Source of the DNA: Alphaproteobacteria bacterium
Lineage (GTDB): Bacteria; Pseudomonadota; Alphaproteobacteria; UBA828
Assembly: GCA_965220745.1 (NCBI GenBank)
Contig: CBDCQT010000013.1
Span: 352,001-416,000, forward strand
DNA length: 64,000 nucleotides
Direction of reading: 5' to 3'
Position numbers and translations under genes: made by a program. Of this stretch, positions 58,201 to 64,000 are shown piece after piece. The notes beneath the pieces were generated by a model. That model made no database searches, had not been told where the DNA came from, and saw only the letters and a list, made by a program, of their open reading frames with translations. Numbering within the stretch: the first letter of the stretch is position 1; every line of letters starts with the position of its first letter.

Positions 58201-58896
58201 ATGGAACGGTTCGATCTTGGGCGGCGGCTCTTCGCGGAGTGGCTGGGGACGCTGCTGCTGCTCGCCGTGGTCGTCGGCTCCGGCATCATGGGCGAGACGC
58301 TCTCGGGCGGAAACGTCGCGCTCGCGTTGCTCGGCAACACGATCCCCACCGGCGCCATCCTGGTGGTGCTCATCGTGATCTTCGGCCCCATCTCCGGCGC
58401 GCACTTCAACCCCGCCGTCACGCTCAGCTTCCTGATACGCCGCGAGATCGGCCTGCGCGACGCCGGGCTCTACCTGCTGGCGCAGATCGCAGGCGGCATC
58501 TGCGGCGCGATGCTGGCGCACGGCATGTTCGAGGAGCCAATCGTCGCCGCGTCCCTGAAGGAGCGCACCGGCTTCTCCCAATGGCTCGGCGAGTTCACCG
58601 CGACCTTCGGGCTGGTGGCGACGATCCTGGGTTGCCTGCGTTTCAGGCCCGAGCTGGTGCCCTATGGCGTCGGCCTCTTCATTACCGCCGGCTACTGGTT
58701 CACGTCGTCCACGTCGTTCGCGAACCCGGCGGTGACCATCGCCCGCTCGCTCACTGACACGTTCTCCGGGATCATGCCTCTGCACATGCCGGCCTTCATC
58801 GTCGCCCAGCTGATCGGCGCCGTGGTGGCGACGTTGCTGCTCGGCTGGCTGGTCAAGGCCCGCCGGCCGGCGGCAGCCGAGCCTGACCCGAGCTAG
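58201..58896 (+). CDS. MIP/aquaporin family channel (AqpS/arsenite-channel-like clade)
   Basis: ISGAHFNPAVT and YWFTSSTSFANPAVTIARS (two NPA motifs); VVGSGIMGE.L. Confidence 0.9.
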   Translation: MERFDLGRRLFAEWLGTLLLLAVVVGSGIMGETLSGGNVALALLGNTIPTGAILVVLIVIFGPISGAHFNPAVTLSFLIRREIGLRDAGLYLLAQIAGGICGAMLAHGMFEEPIVAASLKERTGFSQWLGEFTATFGLVATILGCLRFRPELVPYGVGLFITAGYWFTSSTSFANPAVTIARSLTDTFSGIMPLHMPAFIVAQLIGAVVATLLLGWLVKARRPAAAEPDPS

Positions 58897-59684
58897 AACG
58901 AGGCCAGCGCCACCTCGACCGCGCCGAGCGCCCCGAAATCCGCGCGCACGTGCTTCTTGTGCGCGATCGGCGCCGGCACGATGCAGGTGCCGGTGATGAC
59001 CACGTCGCCGGCCGCGAGCGGTACGCCGTGGCGGACCCGGTCGTTCGCCAGCCAGGTGAGCGCGATGCGCGGGTCGCCCAGCGCGTTCGCGCCCTTGCCT
59101 GTCGCCGCCTCTTCGTCATCGATGGAGACGACGACCGGATGGGCGGCGAGATCGACCTCGCGCCAGCCTTCCGGCGCCTCTGGCCCCAGCACGCAGTACT
59201 CTGTGCAGCCGTTGTCGGCGATGAGCTGGGCGGCGCCCACGACGGTGAAGTCCCTGAAGCGCGAATCCGGAATCTCGATCGCCGGGTGCAGCGCCGCCAC
59301 CGCGTCCATCACTGCGTCCACCGTGTAGTCGCCGTCCCCGCCGGGCAGGTCCGCACCTAAGCGGAACGCGAACTCCGCCTCGACCACCGCCATGTGCAGG
59401 TGGCCGGCCGGCAGCTTGGTGCCGCTCTGGTGGAGCTTGCTCTCCCACAGGCGCCCGGCGAGGGGGCCGTCCACGCCGATGTGCTTCTGGCCGGCCTCGC
59501 TGGTGGCCGCGATCTTCCAGCCCACGGGCGTGGCGCCGGCGAGGCGTGCGAGCGCGGCCTGCACCGCGTAGCCCTCGGCGGTCGTGCTCGGGCGGCACTC
59601 TTCGGGCAGGCCGTCGATCAGGTGATGGCCGCTCCAGGCCGTCCAGATGGCCTGCGCCGCCGCGTCGCTCTTCGTGTCAGTCAT
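58893..59684 (-). CDS. 2-keto-4-pentenoate hydratase / FAH-family protein
   Basis: GYAVQ, GWKIAATS, EAEFAF, PAIEIPDSRF, IADN, GANALGDP, GDVVITGT. Confidence 0.88.
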   Translation of the reverse strand: MTDTKSDAAAQAIWTAWSGHHLIDGLPEECRPSTTAEGYAVQAALARLAGATPVGWKIAATSEAGQKHIGVDGPLAGRLWESKLHQSGTKLPAGHLHMAVVEAEFAFRLGADLPGGDGDYTVDAVMDAVAALHPAIEIPDSRFRDFTVVGAAQLIADNGCTEYCVLGPEAPEGWREVDLAAHPVVVSIDDEEAATGKGANALGDPRIALTWLANDRVRHGVPLAAGDVVITGTCIVPAPIAHKKHVRADFGALGAVEVALASF

Positions 59685-59730
59685 GGGCTCAATCTAGCGA
59701 GTGGGAGCATGAAGCAACAAGCGCCCCCGG

Positions 59731-60336
59731 TCAGCCATTGGCAGGGGCGGCCAGGGGGACGTGGGGCGCGGTATCCATCGGCAGCAGGCCGATGAGGCGG
59801 GGATCATCGACGATATCGACCTCGCTGTGGGTGATGGCGAAACCATGCTTCTGGTAGAAGGCGAGAGCGCCGGGGTGGTCCAGGGTGCAGGTATTGAGGA
59901 TCATGCGGCGGGGTCGGTGACGCCCGACGGCGGCGAGCGCATGGGCGAGCAGCCAGCCGCCAAGCCCCTTGCCGATCCACGTCGGAATCAGGCCGAAATA
60001 ACGCAGCTCGATATCCGGCGCCGGCCGCAGGTTCAGCTCGATCAGGCCGATCTCTGCGCCGGCGACCGCCGCCACATAGACCTCGGTCTCCTCCTCCGCG
60101 AGATGGGCCGCGAGCCTCGCCTCGTCCCACGTCAGCCGGCTCCACCAGAGCCAGTCGTCGCCGATGGCGTGATAGAGGCGCAGGTAATCGGCGACCGGCA
60201 TGGCCTGCCGCTGCTCGAGGGTAACGCCGGGCGCGGGCGCCGGCGGCGGCGCCTCTGGCGGCGCTTCCATCGCGAGGTGGGTAATCACCGTGTAGAGCTT
60301 GCCGGCCGGAACGGCCTCCGCCGCAGTCGCGCTCAT
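59731..60336 (-). CDS. GNAT-family acetyltransferase
   Basis: YFGLIPTWIGKGLGGWLL acetyl-CoA loop; TCTLDHPGALAFYQKHGF. Confidence 0.88.
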   Translation of the reverse strand: MSATAAEAVPAGKLYTVITHLAMEAPPEAPPPAPAPGVTLEQRQAMPVADYLRLYHAIGDDWLWWSRLTWDEARLAAHLAEEETEVYVAAVAGAEIGLIELNLRPAPDIELRYFGLIPTWIGKGLGGWLLAHALAAVGRHRPRRMILNTCTLDHPGALAFYQKHGFAITHSEVDIVDDPRLIGLLPMDTAPHVPLAAPANG

Positions 60337-60346
60337 GCCCCGGCGC

Positions 60347-61114
60347 TCACAGGCCGCAAGAGATGCCCTCGTCCAGTAGCATGAGCGAGCCGTGGGCGGC
60401 GCGCCCGTCCTCGGAGCAGAGGAAGAGCGCGGCGGACGCCATGTCGTCGGCCTCGGAATAGGTGCGGTTGCTCGGCGTCACCGCGGTCATGCCCTCCAGC
60501 ATCTCCTTGAACTGCGGCTCGGTGCGGATCTTCACGTTCATCGGCGTCGCCGTGTTGCCGGGCAGGATCGCGTTCACCGCGATGTTGTGCGGGCTCAGCT
60601 CCAGCGCCAGCGCGCGGGTGAGGTAGTTGACCGCCGCCTTCGACGCGCAATAGACCGAGAAGCTCTTGAACCCCATCACCCCCGTCACCGACGAGAGGTT
60701 GACGATCTTGCCGCCGCCCTGCGCGATCATCACCGGCGCCACCTCGTTGATCGCGAAGAAAGTGCCTTTCACGTTGATGTCCATGGTCGCGTCGTACTCG
60801 GCCTCGCTGGTCTCGCCGATGGGCGTCGGCTCGAAGATGCCGGCCGAGTTGACCAGGATGTCGATGCGCCCGAAGGCATCCTTCACGGCGCCGACCAGCG
60901 CCTTGACCGCATCCACGTCGCGCACGTCGGCGACGAAGGCCTGGGCCGCGCCGCCCGCCGCCTCGATTCTCTCCACGACCTGCTGCGCCTTGGCCAGATC
61001 GGAGGAGCCGACGACAGCGACGCGCGCGCCCTCGGCCGCGAACCTGACCGCGATCGCCTCGCCGATGCCCGAGGACCCTCCGGTGACCAGCGCCGTCTTT
61101 CCCTCCAGTTTCAC
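60347..61114 (-). CDS. Short-chain dehydrogenase/reductase
   Basis: TGGSSGIG, NSAG, YCASK catalytic motif, PG..TPMN; GTG 61114 with a GAGGAG RBS. Confidence 0.92.
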   Translation of the reverse strand: MKLEGKTALVTGGSSGIGEAIAVRFAAEGARVAVVGSSDLAKAQQVVERIEAAGGAAQAFVADVRDVDAVKALVGAVKDAFGRIDILVNSAGIFEPTPIGETSEAEYDATMDINVKGTFFAINEVAPVMIAQGGGKIVNLSSVTGVMGFKSFSVYCASKAAVNYLTRALALELSPHNIAVNAILPGNTATPMNVKIRTEPQFKEMLEGMTAVTPSNRTYSEADDMASAALFLCSEDGRAAHGSLMLLDEGISCGL

Positions 61115-61280
61115 GATCCTCTCCTCCCCGGTCTCTCGTTGCGCAGTGTGAACACGTGCCGCTCCCTGCAAGGGCGGCGAGAATATCAGCGACGCACGGG
61201 AAAGTCTTTCGACCGGCGGGGCGGCAGCCGATAATGGCGCGGGGCGCGCGGCCCCGGCCGACCGAACGAGGGGAGGAGCC

Positions 61281-62909
61281 ATGCACGGCCTGATGCAGGA
61301 GATTCCGCTGATGATCTCGTCGTTGATTCGTTACGCAGCCGAGTATCACGGTGACCGCCAGGTGGTTTCGCGCACCGTCGAAGGCCCGATCCACCGCTAC
61401 GGCTACGCCGAGTGCGAGCGCCGCGCGCGGCGCGTCGCCAACCTCATGGCCCGGCTCGGCATCAAGCACGGCGACCGGGTCGGCACGCTGGCCTGGAACG
61501 GCTACCGCCATCAGGAGCTCTTCTACGGCGTCTCCGGCATGGGCGCCGTGCTGCACACGGTGAACCCGCGCCTCTTTACCGAGCAGATCGTCTACATCAT
61601 CAACCACGCCGAGGACCGGGTGCTGTTCGTGGACCTCACCTTCGTCGAGCTGGTGGAGCGGATCGTGGACCAGCTCACCACGGTCGAGCAGGTCGTGGTG
61701 ATGACCGACGAAGAGCACATGCCGGAGACCGCGCTTCCCAACGTCCTCTGCTACGAGACCCTGCTCGCGGGCGAGAGCGAGGACTACGACTGGCCGATCT
61801 TCGACGAGCGCGCTGCGTCCTCGCTCTGCTACACCTCGGGCACGACCGGTAACCCCAAGGGCGTGCTCTACAGCCACCGCTCAACCCTGCTGCACGCCAT
61901 GGCCGCCTGCCAGAACAGCGCCATGGGCATCTCCGCCCACGACGTGCTGATGCCGATCGCGCCGATGTACCACGGCAACGCCTGGTCGCTGCCCTATCTC
62001 GGCTGCCTCTCCGGCGCGGGCCTGGTGCTGCCCGGCACCAAGATGGACGGCCAGAGCCTGCAGGAGCTGATCGAAGGGGAGGGGGTGACCTTCGCCTTGG
62101 GCGTGCCCACGGTCTTCACCATGCTGATCGACCATCTCGACGAGAGCGGCAAGACGGTCGAAAGCCTGGAGCGCGTCGCCATCGGCGGCTCGGCGGTGCC
62201 GCGCGCGATGATCGAGCGGCTGGCCGACCCCTACGGCGTGACCGTGCACCAGCTCTGGGGCATGACCGAGACCTCGCCGCTCGGCACCATGGCGACGGCG
62301 ACTCCTGCGATCGACGCGCTCGCTGCCGAGGAGCGCCAGGCGGTGCTGAGCCAGCAGGGCCGCGTACAGTTCGGCCTGGAGCTCCAGATCACCGATGCCG
62401 ACGGCGCGCCGGTGCCCCGCGACGGCAAGACTTTTGGCGACATGTGGGTGCGCGGCAATTGGGCCGCCAGCGGCTACTTTAAGGGCGAGGGCGGGGACAA
62501 GCTCGACGACGACGGCTGGTTCCCCACCGGCGACGTCGCCACCCTCGACGAGCACGGCTTCATGCGCATCACCGACCGCACCAAGGACGTGATCAAGTCG
62601 GGCGGCGAGTGGATCAGCTCCATCGACCTGGAGAATGCGGCGGTGGGTCATCCCGACGTGAAGCAGGCCGCCGTCATCGGCGTCTTCCATCCCAAGTGGG
62701 AGGAACGGCCGCTCATGGTGGTGGTGCCGCGGGACGGCTGCGCGCCCGACAAGGACACCATCAACGCCTACCTCGCCGCCAGGGTCGCGAAGTGGTGGCT
62801 GCCCGACGACGTGGTGCTGGTCGACGAGCTGCCGCTGACCGCCACCGGCAAGATCCAGAAGTCGCGCCTGCGCGAGATGTTTCAAGATTACCGTCTGCCG
62901 GACGCCTGA
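61281..62909 (+). CDS. Acyl-CoA ligase, DmdB (3-methylmercaptopropionyl-CoA ligase)/AlkK-like
   Basis: [15 protein letters not shown]-terminus, [47 protein letters not shown]. Confidence 0.85.
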   Translation: MHGLMQEIPLMISSLIRYAAEYHGDRQVVSRTVEGPIHRYGYAECERRARRVANLMARLGIKHGDRVGTLAWNGYRHQELFYGVSGMGAVLHTVNPRLFTEQIVYIINHAEDRVLFVDLTFVELVERIVDQLTTVEQVVVMTDEEHMPETALPNVLCYETLLAGESEDYDWPIFDERAASSLCYTSGTTGNPKGVLYSHRSTLLHAMAACQNSAMGISAHDVLMPIAPMYHGNAWSLPYLGCLSGAGLVLPGTKMDGQSLQELIEGEGVTFALGVPTVFTMLIDHLDESGKTVESLERVAIGGSAVPRAMIERLADPYGVTVHQLWGMTETSPLGTMATATPAIDALAAEERQAVLSQQGRVQFGLELQITDADGAPVPRDGKTFGDMWVRGNWAASGYFKGEGGDKLDDDGWFPTGDVATLDEHGFMRITDRTKDVIKSGGEWISSIDLENAAVGHPDVKQAAVIGVFHPKWEERPLMVVVPRDGCAPDKDTINAYLAARVAKWWLPDDVVLVDELPLTATGKIQKSRLREMFQDYRLPDA

Positions 62910-62941
62910 ACGGCTTTTCCCGCCACACTCCCGCCTGCGCC

Positions 62942-63706
62942 TCACTCCGGCCCGAGGGACAGGATCGATGTGGGGCTGGTGCGATACACGCGCGGAGCGA
63001 TTTCCGTCCAGGATTCATAGCGATTATCCGGGCTCAAGTGGGATTCGTCGGGATTAGCCGGGATTGAGTGAGATTCGCCGGGATTGACCGGGACTGCGGG
63101 GAACTCTGCGGGGTTCCACGGGTCCACCGGCACCGATGTGACGGTGCGGGGAGCAGGCGGGGGCCTGCCCTCCACCTCCGCGCGGATGATGGCGACGGCC
63201 TCCGGCGAGAGCCCGCCCTGGCCCTTGGCCTGGCCGGCGCCCTGCGCCGCCTTCTTCGCCGCCTGCTCCCGGTCTTTGCGCAGCTTGTCGGTGCCTTCGA
63301 TGCGCTTGAGGGTGAGGGCGAGGCGGGCGAGCTCCTCCGTCGACACGGGCTCTTCCCGCGCGCTGAGACGAGCCATGGTGGCGAGCGCCATGGTCCGCAG
63401 GGTCTCGATCAGGATGAGCCCCGCCTGGCCCTCCGGGCGCTCGCCCAGCGCGTCCACCCACGCCTTGATGGTGCGGTCGGTCTCCTGCTGCTGGCGGATC
63501 AGGTCGCGCATGTTCTTGGCGTAGCGGCCGACGGCCGAGCGCGAGCATGTCTCGCCCTCGGCCCGGATGCGGGCGGTGATCTCGTCAATGGTGGCGCCGT
63601 CCGCGATGGCCGCGTCCACGGCCTCGCGCAGCTTGGCCGGCAGGCGGTCGACAGAGGAGCGCCCGAACGTCCCGGCCGTTGTGCTCTTGGGGGGTTCGTT
63701 TTGCAT
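62942..63706 (-). CDS. Phage Mu gp27-like (DUF3486) protein with a low-complexity C-terminal tail
   Basis: [16 protein letters not shown]...TIDEI......SRSAVGRY and [14 protein letters not shown] motifs; start 63706 or 63742. Confidence 0.72.
   Translation of the reverse strand: MQNEPPKSTTAGTFGRSSVDRLPAKLREAVDAAIADGATIDEITARIRAEGETCSRSAVGRYAKNMRDLIRQQQETDRTIKAWVDALGERPEGQAGLILIETLRTMALATMARLSAREEPVSTEELARLALTLKRIEGTDKLRKDREQAAKKAAQGAGQAKGQGGLSPEAVAIIRAEVEGRPPPAPRTVTSVPVDPWNPAEFPAVPVNPGESHSIPANPDESHLSPDNRYESWTEIAPRVYRTSPTSILSLGPE
63011..63120. repeat. Degenerate 10-bp-period array (consensus GGATTNNNNG) in the 3' end of the DUF3486 gene
   Basis: Successive decamers ggattcatag, cgattatccg, ggctcaagtg, ggattcgtcg, ggattagccg, ggattgagtg, agattcgccg, ggattgaccg, ggactgcggg, gaactctgcg, gggttccacg. 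Confidence 0.8.
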
Positions 63707-64000
63707 GGCGTGGCTGTGCCCGCGGGATGTTTCCTGGCTCATCCCGCGATGCTGCCCCACGCCGCCCCTCCCTGTGCACCGCACCATGGTCCGGTTTCTC
63801 CCCCCGGCAGCCAACGAGGCGTTTGCCATCGATGCGAACCGGGCCGCAGGCCCGGACGGCGCGACAGCGCCGCGCGCGAAGCGCGGAGCCAAGCGAACGG
63901 AGTTCGCGCCCGGCGATTGAGGGAAATGAAAGAGTCAGGAGGGGACAGAGGGAGGTGGGGTCGCGAAGGCCCCGCCTAATGCGCCGACATCGTCTCGATG

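Overview
GC-rich (roughly 65-70%) alphaproteobacterial chromosomal segment, probably Rhodospirillales-like (inferred from gene order dgt-argS-SPOR-nagZ-S2P-scpA-scpB, a single-Cys DksA and fixLJ-fixK). About 1-33 kb is accessory catabolism and transport: a GcvT/DMGDH-family demethylase, a Dpp-type ABC operon, two DddP-like M24 proteins, a 2OG-Fe(II) oxygenase, a Rieske oxygenase, a Pot-type ABC operon, two enolase-superfamily enzymes, an HpbA/DgcA-like flavoenzyme, a TAXI-TRAP transporter and a phosphonopyruvate decarboxylase-like gene. It is followed by a core housekeeping block, an NAD-linked formate dehydrogenase, dksA, a split hydantoinase A/B pair around fixKJL-sco, and a DmdB-like CoA ligase. 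Signals the ORF track does not show: (1) two diverged copies of a ~271-bp CTAG-bounded non-coding element (6969-7239, 17699-17970) with 26-bp terminal inverted repeats and at least 8 fully compensatory base-pair changes, i.e. a MITE-like element under selection for a folded structure; (2) an uncharacterised three-gene MotA/ExbB-type ion-motor module coupled to the dgt-argS operon; (3) a MunI-type R-M system with an intact methyltransferase and a decayed endonuclease; (4) a higB toxin collapsed to a 22-codon stub beside an intact higA; (5) two arrays with exact 10-bp periodicity, one intergenic and one in the tail of an orphan Mu gp27/DUF3486 gene. No rRNA, tRNA or CRISPR array was seen. All family calls come from motif recognition by eye, not from database searches.
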